Positions 14,301-27,530 are shown, numbered from the whole stretch's first letter. The stretch: DNA of 63,986 nt, filler included, from Lenisia limosa (GCA_001655205.1; 14 parts of 14 records of this genome joined end to end with filler, not necessarily neighbours in it); one strand, 5' to 3'. Notes: a model not told the origin generated them from the letters alone. Translations and numbers: made by a program.

Positions 14301-17300
14301 AATAGAAAGAAGATTGTTAACATTGGCTGTGGACGAGTAGAAGCTCAACTAAATTGAAACATTAGGAAAATGTGACAGTACTGAGCGTTAAAGATTATCA
14401 TGTGTACTAAATTGAAACTAGAAAGACGAATTAATGTGACAATATCGAGTGTTAATGCTTATCATGCGCCTTAAATTGTGACGAGGGGAGGATTGTGTTA
14501 AAATTGGGACAAAAAATGTAACACAAATGAGTATTAATGATCATCAAATGTGACAGATGTAGACGATTGATATGCGGTGAAATTAAAATGAAAGTCTCCC
14601 GCCAACCTCATGAACCAGACCTTGCTTTCCAAGGAACTTGAAGTTCTCAAACACCACTCTAGAACATTAAAATATATGAATATATTATACATGTAGGTGA
14701 CCCCCCAAAACCGCGAGCACTACCGAAACCGCGAGCGCTTTTTGATTTTCCCACAAAAACGGTCCTACAAATCCCTCAAAATCTTCAATAACAGGGTTTT
14801 TTCCTGAAACAAGTTTTGAAATGCAAAAATAAGCAAATTTAAATTTTTAGAAAATTCTAGAAAAGTCTCTGTAATATATAAATGTATTTTTTAAAACAAT
14901 AACCTCTAAAGTCGGTCACAAACCTGCCATAAGCGTCACAATTTGCGATGTCTCCGGAAACACTGAGAGCTTCCGGGTTGAGTCCGATCCTAACAGTGCA
15001 AACAGAGGCCTTTGCCGCTGTCCCGAGGTAGGTTGTCTGGGGATAAGGAGAAGCGCATTAGAGATTAGAGAAATGGGGTTCTCGCTACAAATAACGAAAA
15101 GGAGCATTAGAAAATAGAGTGTCTGAAATGGGTTTCTCGTTACAGATGTGCCACTTGTATTTTTGAAATTAATTATTCTATTAATTGCACCCAACCCAAA
15201 CCGAACAAGAAGACGGCCCTCTCACCTGAAGCGCAATCGGTTCTGAAAAGTGGACAAAAGAAGACTCAGCAGGCAGCCTAAACGCAGAAGTTAGACGGGG
15301 CAGTATACAAATGGTCGAAAAAAAGACAACAAACAAAACCCAGACCAGTTGCTGGAGGGGAGAATGGGAAGCACACTGTATATTTGTAGTTGGAGAAAAA
15401 AATCATCATACATATCATAAAACTGGAACAATTTCATTCTGTTTGTATCAAGAGATCCACCTCATAAAAATAAATTATTACGTAATAGGCGAAAAAGTCA
15501 ATGGTGTAGTATATCATATCAAGTATCATTTAAGATTATGATTTTCACATAATCATTTCCCACGTGGAGTTGAGACTCAAATCCAAAGATCTAACAATTC
15601 GAACACCAAAGTTCTCGACTGAAAAGGTAGAGCCGTCGTTTGTAAGAGAAAACTGGAATGTTATGATGTGTAGCAAAATGCGGAGCAGGTGATGAAGTTG
15701 TGACAGTATACGAAGCAAAATGAGGTATGGCTGGTTATGATGTGTAAGCCGACTGAAATCATTTCTTGGATGTTATAAGTAGGGCTTCCCTAAGGTCCGA
15801 AAAATAACGGTTAAATATTGATATTTATCGAGGATTTATCGTAGGAAGGCCCTAGCTATAGGCAAAAACTTAACCCATATTCACTTGTGATATGATCATG
15901 TTTCGGTCAAAAAAGACGGAATTTCTCGATAAATTCTCAAAAACTGTTGATTGTGTTTGGTATTTTTCGAACCAGAGTGAATCCCTGGCCCCTATATTAG
16001 GGCTCCATGCAATTAATTGAAAATATAATTGCAAAATTAGAAGCGAGACCTATATTCATGGGAACCCAATTTCAGACACTTGAATTTCAAATTTTATCAA
16101 TTAATTTCTTCCGTAAAATTAATTACGCGGAGTCCTACCCAATACTCACCTGGTAGAATCCAGGTTCAACAGTGGCTGAAATGTGACAGTAGGCAAATTC
16201 CTCATTGATCTGTTACTGTTAATGGTGGAGAATGAATCAAATTTTCGACTTGACCCAAAAAGATTGTTATAATTGAACCAAAATTATGAAACAGTGGTCG
16301 GTCAACTCTGTAGCTTACCACTGAGAGGGTCTGAGCAATGCCGTCCAAGTAGCACCTAGTTCATCACAAAGGTTTTATATTTCTTAAATAAGATGATTAA
16401 TTTTAAAACTCTTCACGCTGAGTGCTTCATTAATTTCGTTTGTTTAGTTTTAATATTTTACAATTTGTCTAAAATAAATAAAAAAGGTCTTGAATTTAAA
16501 AAATAAGTACGTATATAATCAATAAATATGTCTTCCATCAAAGACAAAATCCATAATATAATGTCTTAAAAGTAGCCGATTTTTTGCTTATGAAATAAAG
16601 TAATACAACACAATGAAAATGCCTTATTTTAATAAAATCGTCAAAAATAAAGCCAAATCTAGGACAATATTATTAAGCAACAATCGCCATATCAGATTAT
16701 TTCATAAATCTACGATACCGTAATACACAACCACAGAGGCCCCCGTACGCAGATGACGGGGATGAGATGAAGTTCTGTCCCATGACGTCAATAGAGGCTT
16801 CGAACCCAGCAAGAACAACCTAAACCGTTAGTCGGTAGGAATCAGTGATATTGACTCCCTGGGTGTTTATACAAGTCAAAATGTGTGGTTTTGTGTAATG
16901 TATTTCTTTTAAGTGCTTCTATTTGAAGAAATTAATTGACAATGAAAAAAAACTGACAAAAATGGCGTTCTGGTTACGATTTGTCCCACTTCAAATTTAT
17001 AAAATTAATTCCCCATGGGTCCTAATAATCAGCAATTATTGAGATAATATTGAGTCAAATTCCCCTGTTACATAGGCAGGAACAACACTGGTCACTTTCG
17101 GCGTGATGAGGACAGATACGACTTCAGGCTGGGTGAACTGCGTTGAATTGTCCACTGGAGACTAGAGAGGTGAGCATGACAGATTTTGTTGGACTGAAGA
17201 AGTATAAAAAGGATTTCACTTCAGTTACAAAAACAAAAAAAGTGTATTCCCGATAAATCCTAGATAACTCTCAATATTTTACCAGACTTTTTGGGACTGG

Positions 17301-20300
17301 GGAGGTGAAGATTATCAATTCGTGGATATGATACGTAGAAATGTGAAGAGCTACAAACAATCACAAAAAATACTTGGCCACCGGAGCAGATGGCAACTCT
17401 CCGGCTGACAATATAATAACACTAATTATGAGCGAACTTTGATGGTTAATTTGAAGTCGTGGCCACCATAAACGTTTGTTATGCCACATTCAAGATACGC
17501 AGTAGTGCCTTCAGAGGAAATGATAGAGCAAGGTAGTTCACTTCCATCATCTTGGGACAAAAGAGCCAGGGATGCCTGATTAGGATTAAAGGACGTCTTT
17601 TGGAATTGTTTTGAAATGACTCAATGATGGATACTTAGGGCTTCACTTTGTTTAGAAAAATAACGGTAAAACATTGATAATTTTCGAAGATTTATCGAGA
17701 TATTCAGTCTTTTCGAATCGTACTGAAGCCTTATGGATACTATATCATATACAAACAAGAATACAAGGTGGAGTATTGAGATGTCTGGCTAAAGCCGTCC
17801 ACATCTTTACGTTTATAGGGTAAATTAGGGTTTCACTTCAGTTCGAAATAAACAGGAATTTCTGGATAAATCCTCGAAAACTATCGATATTTTACCGGTT
17901 TTTTTTCGAACCGAAGTGAAGCCCTATAAGGTAAAATAGATAACTTCCATCCAAACCTGTCTTAAGTTCTCTTCCTGGATTGGGGCGGGCATAGCAACGC
18001 TCACATTGGATCCTTAAAACTTCAAAAAAGACTAATCTATGGGAATTTCTCGGTAGGGGTGATGGTAAAAAATTCAGGCTTTTTTTGGAGTGAAAGACCG
18101 TGAGGACCTCTCCCGCTGATTATAAGGTAGCAATTCCACTCAATATTATATCAAATATTGAGATGCGAAATGCAAGAGGGTAATAATTATTATATCAGGC
18201 CGAAGCTGACTAATTCTTTGCGTACAGCCAACCGCCGGATCTCTATGATCCAAGTTTCAAGAGACACTTTACTGCAAAAAAAAAAAACCGTCTACAAAAT
18301 CTCATAATTGATAATGATAATTTTAAATCACCGAAACTTTGGCGGAAACAGGCAAGGCAAACAAGTGTATAATTTTAATATCTGGTACCCATATTTGTTT
18401 CCCAAGATTGAATGTACTATCAGTTCTTTTTCAACAAGGCAAACCTGGGGAGACATGTGTGGTGGAAAGAGTGACTGTGTTGAGTGTGGTCACATCTAAG
18501 CTGAATGTTTTCCCTAAAGAATAAGTCGTACATAACACCATCACGCTTAATATTAATTCACCCAATCATTTGTGTGCTCATGTATCCGCAAAAGATAGTA
18601 TCTTGTCAAAGCCGCCCATAGTATCTGGCTTATCAGAGATTTTATTTGCTCTTTGTCATCATTTCTACTCGGAGTCGGTCATACGATTATTTCACTTGTG
18701 GATATGGGTTAGCATATGCACCCACCAGCACGTATAAACTCGAGGAACCCCCCTAGAGTCAAGTGGCTGAGACTCCCAGAAAAACATATGATCATCGATC
18801 AACCCTAGGGCTTCTCTTCAGTTTGAATAAAGACTGAATTCTCCATAAATCCTCAAAACTATCAATATTTTACCGGTCTTTTTCGAACCAAAGTGAAGCC
18901 CTCTCCATCCTCAAAACTAATATCATATGACCACCCATACCAGTAGGTGTAAAATCGAGGAAGAGCTGGACGTCCTCGTTGGCATTGGGAAGTTTGGCGT
19001 CTAACGGCAGTGTCACAGAAAAGCTGGTGGTAGAGTCTTGGGTACCTGTGTACGTTGTGAGAAGACGGGTGTAATCTTGATATAATACTAAGTTAACATG
19101 TTATCTGATGAACCTNNNNNNNNNNNNNNNNNNNNNNNNNNNNNNNNNNNNNNNNNNNNNNNNNNNNNNNNNNNNNNNNNNNNNNNNNNNNNNNNNNNNN
19201 NNNNNNNNNNNNNNNNNNNNNNNNNNNNNNCATCACGATTATAAGAAACGGTAAAAGTATGAGACATTATGTCTAAACAAAGTGTTGCTACAATGTTACA
19301 GAGTCACGATTTACTGATCTGCTCAGTTTTGATAAAAAACTTCATGCAATTTGTTTGATAGCACACCTAGGTATTATTTTGTTTCCCTGGATTTCATTTT
19401 ATAAACAGTGATCGGGAGTCTTAACCGATTTGTGTTGTGATTTTACAAGGGAAATCGGTCAAGACCTATCCAGGTCCCTATAATATATATATATGTGTGT
19501 GTGTATGTGCAGTATTTTCTTGCTGACATGCTAAAAAACGAACTGTTTCCACTTGGGCTTCACTTCGGTTCGAAAAATCCCGAACCAATATCGATTGAGG
19601 ATATTTCGAGAAATTTGGTCTTTTTTTGAACCGAAGTGAAGCCATAGTTCACCTTGATAGGCCAATTTGTAGACGCCTCCATAGACATGCGTGTACGTTT
19701 CGGTTACGCCAGTCTGGGGGAGAGGGGATCAGTTGCAAGATGTGTGAAGTGAGGCTTTGCTTCAATCCGAAGAATTACACTTCTAAATAAATATCGATAT
19801 TTTAACGGTCATATTGACCATACATAGTGATTTGGCAGAATTTTTCGATAAATCCTCGATAAATATCAATATTCATATGTTAAACATCCACAGTGAAGCC
19901 TTTGGAATTATCGAGATAGGGAAGCCATTGACATAGGGCTTCACTTCGGTTCGAAAAAAGACTGGATTTCTCGAACGGTATTTTCCGAACCGAAGTGAAG
20001 TCATGCCGAATCAATATCAACTTACGTAAGTGAAGGTCAGGGTTGTACCGAAGCCTTCAATGATGGTCGAAGGTGAGACGGTCAAAGACGTGGTGTCGGG
20101 AATAGCGGGGGTTGGAACTGGAATGGTAATCCTTTGTTTTTGAATGTAAATAAAACAATTACGTTTATGGCAATATAATATTTATCAATAGAATATTTGG
20201 CAATAGAATGACAGCACATAGTTCTCACTTGTTGAAATGAGAACCAAGGGATCATCATTGGAGTTCTACAAGTGTCAGCAGTGAAGAAGAGATAAAAGCC

Positions 20301-23300
20301 AACCTCATCATGAGGTCTCANNNNNNNNNNNNNNNNNNNNNNNNNNNNNNNNNNNNNNNNNNNNNNNNNNNNNNNNNNNNNNNNNNNNNNNNNNNNNNNN
20401 NNNNNNNNNNNNNCCATGATAAATCACTATCATCATAATATCACCATTATAAATCATGATATTCATATTCATTAAAATCACCATCACCACTATCATCATT
20501 ATTATCTCCAATCCCCCTACCTGGTAATGAACAACTCCCGCGTCAGTGACACTTTGGCCTGGAACTGCGGTGTGTGTTCCCGAGGAATCTACAATAGCCG
20601 ATCCCGAGAGCTGACACGGGGATCCAGCTGGATAGTGAATGATAAAAGGGATACAATAGGGGTAAATGGATAGGACTAGGGCTTCACTTCGGTTCCAAAA
20701 AAGACAGGAATTCTCGATAAATCTTCGAAAATTATCCATATTTTACCGGTATTTTTCGAACCGAAGTGAAGCCCAAGATACGACTAAACAGGTCGGGTTA
20801 ATGTACACCGGATAAGTTGTGACCTATTTTCCTTGGGAAATCACAAAGCAAATCGGTCGACTTATCCCGTTCACTGTATGCTACATACTATATGATATGT
20901 ATGATTTCTTCATTTTTTGAATCAGGTCCAAGGAACTTACCATTCAATGACACACGGTTATGAGCTAAGGCAATACCTCGACTTGAATCTCCGATTAGAG
21001 AGACGATTGGGCTCTAAGGCGGAGTAAAATAGGAAAAATTATAAAACAAAAAAAGCCAAAATCAACTCTGTTGGCTAGCAACACACGAGAGTTGATAACA
21101 ATATAACAAACAAAGTCCAGGCCGTCGCTTGGGGGAGAAAAATTGAAAAATTAATAAAACAAACAAAAAAAGGCCAAAAGGGTAAGGAGGGGCGGTGTAA
21201 GCTAACTAAAGGGAATTGAGCCACACGTCATGTGACTTATTGAATAGTGAGAAGGGATCGAGAGAGCCAAAGAGTGTATAGCTTCGCTTCACTTCAGTTC
21301 GAAAAAAGACTGAATTTATCGATAAATCCTTGAAAACTATCGATTTTTGACCGGTCTTTTTCGAACCGAAGTAAAGCCCCAGTGTAAAGGCAACAATAGA
21401 TGAACCTTCAAACCCCATAAGCAGTGTTGGTGATACTTGTCAAAGCTCCGGTGGTAATTGCAACGTATTGGTCCGAATTGTCTATGTTACGGTTAAGCGT
21501 TAAAGATTTCAAATGTGAAAGCTATTTTGAGCAATTGATGTATTATGTATTGCAATACGATGGCGATGAACTGAAATAGCATAGAATTGCATAGCGAAGA
21601 ACTAATAGAATTGCACAAGAATAGCACGGATGAACTGAATATAATTGCACTAGAATAGCACGGGGAAGTAAGGGACTGACCAAGACGAGCGTATGACGAC
21701 GAAAAGAAGTTCTGAATATCGGGAAGGCTGGTTGGTTGAGGGTTGGCGTTACCACTCTCGCAGGTCTCGATTTGCGTGCCTATAGAAGAATAAATTTCTG
21801 ACTATTAGTTGCCAGAATACTTATTAATAGTGTTATATTTATTAATAGTGTTATGGTGTAATGTTATGATTCATTTATTTGGTTTCCCATGATATTTTTT
21901 TCAATATGAACATCTTGCAGTCAAAAAAACAATAAAAAAACCCCCCAACTCCCACCATGCTGCATGTACAGAACACTTGTTGCAAGTACCGCATCCTTTA
22001 CAATAAGGCTGGTGTTGATCTTCAGAGCCCCAGGTACGACAGTAGTGCTGGTAGAACCCGTGCATGTTAAAGCTGATCGGTCAGTGATAGCAGAAAGTTG
22101 TTTACCAGAGTTGCGTCAGGTAAGGCCAGATTATCACTTGTATTATCTCTACAAATAATATGTTGTCTCATATGTAGCCTAAATGGCAGAGCATGATAAT
22201 TAAGGCTTCACTTCGGTTCAAAAAATGATTGACTTTCTCGATAAACCCTCGAAATATATCGATATTTTATCGTAATGCAAATACAGATATTTGGAGACAG
22301 TTGGGGAAAACCTTCTTACCATCAAAACCATTGACAATATAGAAGGACGTTGCAGTGGTTATACCGGTAATAGTCTCGGATACACCGAAGACGTTGGTGA
22401 TCTGGGAAGTAAGGCGTAAATTTGGAAAATTTATATACATACAAAAAAAAAAAGAAGCCGAAATCAACTCTGTTAGCTGACAACACACAAGGGTTGATAC
22501 TAACAAAACAAACAAAGCCNNNNNNNNNNNNNNNNNNNNNNNNNNNNNNNNNNNNNNNNNNNNNNNNNNNAAACGTCCTTCTTGAAGAATACTGCCTAGC
22601 TATCTAATTATATATCATATACTATATGTACTATCTACTGTATCTCATATTACTTTTATCTCACCCCTCTCACAGCTTATATTGTCACACCTTTAGCAAT
22701 ATCAACCCCTCACAGCTCCGTCAAAGTCGCCTGCAGAAGACACGAGAGAACCGTCAGAGAGAACGTGGACATCGCCGTTACCTGGTAATTAATTAGGTTT
22801 AATTGAATGCTCTCATTAATAACCAAATAGAATATTAATAGGTCTTCACTTCGGTTCGAAAAATGAATTTCTCGATAAATCTTCGAAAACTATTATACCA
22901 CTATTTTGGAACCGAATTGAAGGCCTAGTTATTAGATATTAGGTTATTATGCTACTAGTGCATGAGGTTGTATTATTTTATGGTTATTAGGTAAATACGT
23001 TGTGAGGTACTATGTTGTTATTCGTTTATTAGTTGTGTTAAGGTTAATAGATATTAAGCTGTTGTAGGTTAATAATGTTATCAAGTTGTTGTAGGTTTAT
23101 AAAGTTGTTGTAGATTAATTATGTTATCAAGTTGTTAGGTTGTTGGATAATGCAGTTGAGGCTATTCAAAAAACGACAATTATTGATAAATCATCGATAT
23201 ATTCGACAGTTTACCGATGTTTGTCTACCCGAAGTGAAGTCCTTTGCATTAGATTCAAAGTTCAACATATCATTAACGGTTTTTTAAAAACAGAATTTCT

Positions 23301-26300
23301 CTTTGATATTATCCTGGTTATTTTTTGGACAGTAGTGCAACGCTATTATTCAAAATAAGGTGTTCAGGCCCCATACTTAAGACAACATGGGCAGAAGTGA
23401 TTTCTACAAAAGATTCCGACGTGACCTTAAACAGTCAAAAAGAATAAAGGATTGACAAAAAAAGAGGATCAAAAGTAGTGTCATGTGTAAGTAATTAATT
23501 TTGATAATGATTGAAAAATTCCAAGTGTTATACTTTCAATTCAAATTTCAGCAAAATGATATCCTGAAGCATTAATTGTACATGTCATTTATAATGAAGA
23601 ATAGAAATATGATAAGGTTGTATCTGGCCAACGCCGTCCACATTTATGCATATACGAAATATTAACTTTTGTGCACACAGTGAAAATCCAGAAACCCATC
23701 GAAAGTGGAAATCTATTACACCCACCGGGAGGTTATCGAGATGTCCGCTCTCCCGCTCAAATATGACTAGGGCGTCATCATCACCTATTGTAGTCAAATT
23801 GAGGAATACAAGAAAAAGTAAGTTGTCAAAGTTTAGAAAGAAAAACAAATGTTTCCAAATTGAGGAATGAAGAAATAAGTTGTAAAATTGCAGAATCAAA
23901 GACGTTGTAAAACTGTACAATGAAAGAAACTGAAGCAGAATAAAAAAGGCTCATTCCCAAGATTGGTTTTCAATGAGTCTAAAAAAGCCGAAGTGTTTAG
24001 ATGGAATTAAAAACTATCGAGCGAAGTGAATCCTTAGTTATGAGAAATAAAGCCAATAACAGGTGTAAAGGCAGGAAAAAAAAAATCCTTGTCCTACATG
24101 TGAGACCGGTGGAGTAGAGCCTGCAGTTTCGGGTGTAGAAGTTAGGGATCAACACGGGTTCCATTGTGAATTGCGGCATGACGAAGAACGATAAATCTGA
24201 TCCGTCAAAGCAAAACTAACTGGCAGGCACCCCCCCCCACAGTTTAACATATCTATCCACCCAGGTTTACATTTTTGCTGCTTTTTATATTTGGAATTTC
24301 AGAATATTCTGTTGGTGATGAGTAGTACCTTTATTTTAATTTTCTTGATTGAAACTACTTCGGTATGAAAAAGACCAGTAAAATATCGATGGTTTTTGTT
24401 TACCGATAAATGCAGTCTTTATTTTTAATCAAAGTGCAATTGGAACATCCTTCTTTTACCTCTCACCAGTCATAATAACAGCAACAGTAGTTGACTCGAA
24501 AACCGACTGCACCACATGCCCGGCTNNNNNNNNNNNNNNNNNNNNNNNNNNNNNNNNNNNNNNNNNNNNNNNNNNNNNNNNNNNNNNNNNNNNNNNNNNN
24601 NNNNNNNNNNNNNNNNNNNNNNNNNNNNNNNNNNNNNNNNGGACCCAGAGAATCTATTGAAAATCAAAATTTATGATGAAGATGCGCAGATATCAATGCG
24701 GATATGTGTGAAGATAGTTGTGTGATAGCAGTTGTATGGTGTAATTTTGTTGTAAGGTACCCCAATATGAGAAATAAAACAAGGTTGTATCTAGCCGAAG
24801 CCGTCCACACCGTATCCAAAGGACTATAGTATCATATTAATTCAATCATTTTCTTTATTGGTTTTTTTTTATATAATTAAGAATTTTGATATCAAATAAA
24901 AAAAGTGAAAAATAATCTAATAACTCTGACCCACCAGTGAAATCCAAAACGAAGTCGTTCGCAGTATAACTGTACGTGTACACCTTATTGCGGCCTAAAA
25001 CAGTCACAAAGTTATCCTTTGAAAATTGAATTTTAGTTTAACTAAATTACATTATTGCTAGAATACAAAACTTACACACAGTAAACCATGCAATAAACGA
25101 TGCTAAAATATAAGCACATGAGCCCCAATTGATAGATAACCGTTGAAGTCAACATAGCGATAATGGGGATCCTGAAATTGACTTATTTAATTCATACAAC
25201 AATAAAAGGAGAACTGGCAAAAAACACAGGAGCATACTGGCATCCGTGAAGAAGCTGCACTGTGCATTGGCAGCGTAGTAATTCGGTTTGGCAACACCGC
25301 TGATATAGGTCGTGCCATCAGCAGCTAAAAGGTCATAATTCAGTTTCAAAACAATCACACAATATGCACAAAACAATCACAATACAGTAAGATAAAATTA
25401 TGAGTCTAGGAGAGGGAATTATTCTGTTAACTCAACCACCCACTAGAGTACTTGTTGCTGTTGAAGAAGCAAGTCACTTTGTTCCCAGCATTGGCGTTCG
25501 GAAGGGCAATGTTCAACCTTGACGCTTCCGGGGTGAAGAGGGTACCTGAAGAAACCATTGTCTAAAAGGGTGAGTGATGTATCGAAGACACTGTTGTCTA
25601 AAAGGGTAACTGATGTATTTGAAGAGACTATTGTCTAAAAGGGAAGTGATGTATTTGAAGAGACGTGATGTATTTGAAGAGACTATTGTCTAAAAGGGTG
25701 AGTGATATAATTATTTGTTTTGTTGCGGAAGGAATGATCACTCTTCGAGGCTTCCAGTTTCAACTTCTGACAAATTAGCCCGACCAGATTCCTGCACGGG
25801 CTTCACTTATGGGAGGGAAAGAATTGGAAATTATCGATTTTTTTGGAACCGAAAGTGGAGCTCTAAATGCAACACGACATCACATCGATTCGGGATTCCC
25901 ATGGATCATTTTGGAAATTTGAAGTAAATTGTGGGATTCCCAAATAATATATGGGCTGTAGTGAAGAAGACCCCTCATACCGCCCATTCAGACTCCAGGA
26001 AATACGTATAGGTCTGGTCCTCGAGGAAAACGATGACGTCACCGGACGAGGATGAGGGATTGGTCACAACAATTCGTTCGATATTAGACCCCCAGATACT
26101 ACTTCCGTCAATCCAAGTGGGGACAGCGGAGAACACCTTGAAGTCCGTGGCTGGGGGGGGGGGGGGNNNNNNNNNNNNNNNNNNNNNNNNNNNNNNNNNN
26201 NNNNNNNNNNNNNNNNNNNNNNNNNNNNNNNNNNNNNNNNNNNNNNNNNNNNNNNGAACAAAATAAACGAGGGTTGAGAACAACACCAAAAAAAAACGGC

Positions 26301-27044
26301 AAGTTTTGAACTCACAGGCAGTTGTGCGAAGTAATGCAGGAAACATTGGAACGGCCCCTAAAACAGTGAGGAAATGGGCAGTCAAAATCGATTCTTATGT
26401 TAAGATGAGAAATAAAAAGAGGTAGAGAAATCCACCATCACGATTATCAGAGACATTGAAAAAAAATTTCAACAAGAGAAATAATATGATATACTATATT
26501 AGAAGTATAGGGAAACAAATAAATACACAAACAAATTACCATGCAAAATTTATCCTCCTTGGATTCTTATGAAGATAAAGATAAAAATAGGTAGAGCAGT
26601 CCACCATCACGATGACATTGGAAATTTATCCAAGAACTTCACTTTCGCTTCCAAAAAAGACTGAATTTTCGATAAATTCTCGATAAATATCGATATTTCA
26701 CACGGCTTTTGGACCGAAAATGAAGCTCTAATTCATCATCCTTGGATTCCAACATCATGAATATCAGTGCTTGCCTCCTTAGCATAATACATACAGCTAC
26801 ATACCACCTTGTTTTATTTCTCATTTCTACTTTGTACTTGAACTGCATTTCGGTTTTATTTCTCAGTTCTACATAATACAAGTACAATATATGATATCAT
26901 CTGCTCTTAGGGCTTCCCATGGTTCAAAAAGCCCACAAGTTCAGTCCTACAAACCGGTCATGTCAATAGTCATGCCGTGGGTGAGCCCGTAACTGGCCGT
27001 GATGGCGGCGGCGGAATAAGAGCTGATTGAAAGCATCATGTCAC
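2314..27044 (-). CDS. Very large multi-exon surface/receptor-like protein: IPT/TIG-like repeats, Cys-rich GCC2/GCC3 (ephrin-receptor-like) repeats, C-terminal multi-pass TM region; 5' truncated at contig edge
   Basis: Roughly 50 frame-compatible GT-AG exons. Examples: VVLAGFEASIDVMGQNF (TIG-like); KCATCPAGTYS, CETCPQRTTSPEGSTLATACTCKPG, GFICGKCESGFYRLDDECFEC; VHWPKEFQDALQALSLINFN, RPECG, LSYLDC..LVNDPSIKC, AFLYVRFNPDYYLWEVTLMLR, ASPYLSR. Stop TGA at 2314-2316. A few junctions were not resolved. Confidence 0.85.
2419..2541 (+). repeat. Family D dispersed ~120-bp non-TIR repeat (representative copy)
   Basis: AATGAGAAATAAAAAAC..GTTGTATCTGGCCGAAGCCGTCCACACCATCACGC...AATATTAATTCACCCAATCATTTGCCTTACAACTCTGTGCACACAGCT. 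Whole or partial copies also near 11375, 13300, 17785, 18535, 23625, 24770, 27070, 29810, 29985, 31600, 39790, 43010/43340, 44915, 51645, 56640, 57590, 58270. Confidence 0.85.
3250..3827. mobile_element. Non-autonomous TIR DNA element (~0.6 kb), intronic
   Basis: ~57-bp terminal inverted repeats TCAAAGCTCCGGACATCATTCAAAATTCCCGGACACATCAAAACTCCCGGACAGCTTGA (3253-3310 vs 3759-3818). Near-identical copy in the opposite orientation at 63058-63742. No ORF; TA-rich flanks. Confidence 0.9.
5340..6558 (+). pseudogene. Spliced, probably degenerate gene nested antisense inside the ~2.5-kb intron (about 4877-7393) of the large gene
   Basis: Series of GT-AG-bounded open segments on +, e.g. DSLFLQFRTNDGLPHAHMNRTTHAGVATYLRKHGKKLWVEIIIYT|PMSEENLTSLVITS... 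Apparent frameshift near 5608 and an internal stop near 6413. No homology recognised. Confidence 0.4.
7281..7364 (+). repeat. ~25-bp tandem repeat x3
   Basis: AGAGAAAAGGGATAATTAATACGAA-like unit repeated three times. Confidence 0.8.
9196..9263. mobile_element. Small MITE family F (CTGACYGCGATAA...ATCGCAGTCAGTG)
   Basis: Inverted ends; related copy at about 31045-31120. Confidence 0.55.
15998..16137. mobile_element. MITE family B (~140 bp)
   Basis: TAGGGCTCCATGCAATTAATT...AATTACGCGGAGTCCTA. Other copies at 38455-38593, partial at 2809 and 40557. Confidence 0.8.
17826..17926. mobile_element. MITE family A (~100 bp), representative copy of the most abundant repeat
   Basis: TIR TAGGGCTTCACTTCGGTTCGAAAAA / TTTTTCGAACCGAAGTGAAGCCCTA with conserved core CTCGATAAATCCTCGAAAACTATCGATATTTTACCGG. 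More than 35 whole or partial copies counted by eye. Confidence 0.9.
20677..20774. mobile_element. MITE family A copy
   Basis: Both TIRs and core intact. Confidence 0.9.
20804..20878. mobile_element. Small MITE family G (TACAGTG-type ends, Tc1/mariner-like)
   Basis: Inverted ends ..CCGGATAAGT / ACTTATCCCGTTCACTGTA. Related copies at about 19405-19480 and 43178-43262 (TAGTGACCAGGATAG...CTCATCTCGGTCATTGTA). Confidence 0.55.
21021..21140 (+). repeat. Family E dispersed non-TIR repeat (representative copy), abutting a splice acceptor
   Basis: GGAGTAAAATTGGAAAATTTATGAAACAAAAAAAGCCCAAAATCAACTCTGTTGGCTGACAACACACAAGGGTTGATAAC consensus. Copies near 13590, 22414, 26270, 30250, 33770, 34052, 35140, 35905, 42560, 43468, 44390, 46600, 56860, 57835, 59375. 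Confidence 0.85.
21570..21662 (+). repeat. ~33-bp degenerate intronic minisatellite x3
   Basis: GAACT.A.A.AGAATTGCA.AAGAATAGCACGG-like units. Confidence 0.6.
25558..25705 (+). repeat. ~37-bp intronic tandem repeat x4
   Basis: TTGTCTAAAAGGG..AGTGATGTATTTGAAGAGACTA units. Confidence 0.8.
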
Positions 27045-27100
27045 CTGTTTTGATTAGTTCAAGCAGGAAAAATAAAAACAAGGTGTGGCCGAAGCCGTCC

Positions 27101-27200
27101 NNNNNNNNNNNNNNNNNNNNNNNNNNNNNNNNNNNNNNNNNNNNTTAATTAATTAANNNNNNNNNNNNNNNNNNNNNNNNNNNNNNNNNNNNNNNNNNNN
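27101..27200. other. Artificial 100-bp contig spacer (44N-TTAATTAATTAA-44N)
   Basis: The same spacer recurs with its core starting at 27145, 29524, 33997, 35710, 37180, 40328, 43412, 45162, 49159, 56503, 58213, 59835 and 61090. It has stops in all six frames, and genes are cut on both sides. Confidence 0.97.
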
Positions 27201-27530
27201 CTCAGACCACTTACGACGTGAAAGTTGAAGTATTTTCCGCGTTCTAGTGTTTTTGTTTTCCGCCTATTATGATGTTTTATGCATTTCAAAGTCGGTTTTT
27301 TAGTCTACCATATCGATTTACTTGTAGATTTAATACTGGTGATGTCAATATTTTTTTTTATTAGTATTGAAGTTTAACCTCAAAATCTGAGTTCCAAAAT
27401 CTGAGTCCCGAAAAATGGATGAAATTCTTAGGCCACGTCGTACTAATGTTGGTGTTCTAAGTCAATATGACAAATATTAAACATTTGCACATTTACACAG
27501 CCTAGATTCTCCCTTTTTTTTCATGAAATT

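Noticed and set aside
17826-17926. MITE family A as an intron-generating element
   Set aside because: Most copies lie internally in introns at variable distances from splice sites; only occasional copies are near a donor or acceptor.
27145-27156. Recurrent palindromic TTAATTAATTAA motif
   Set aside because: It is always centred in exactly 44+44 N, so it is an artificial six-frame-stop spacer, not a biological site or piggyBac TTAA target.
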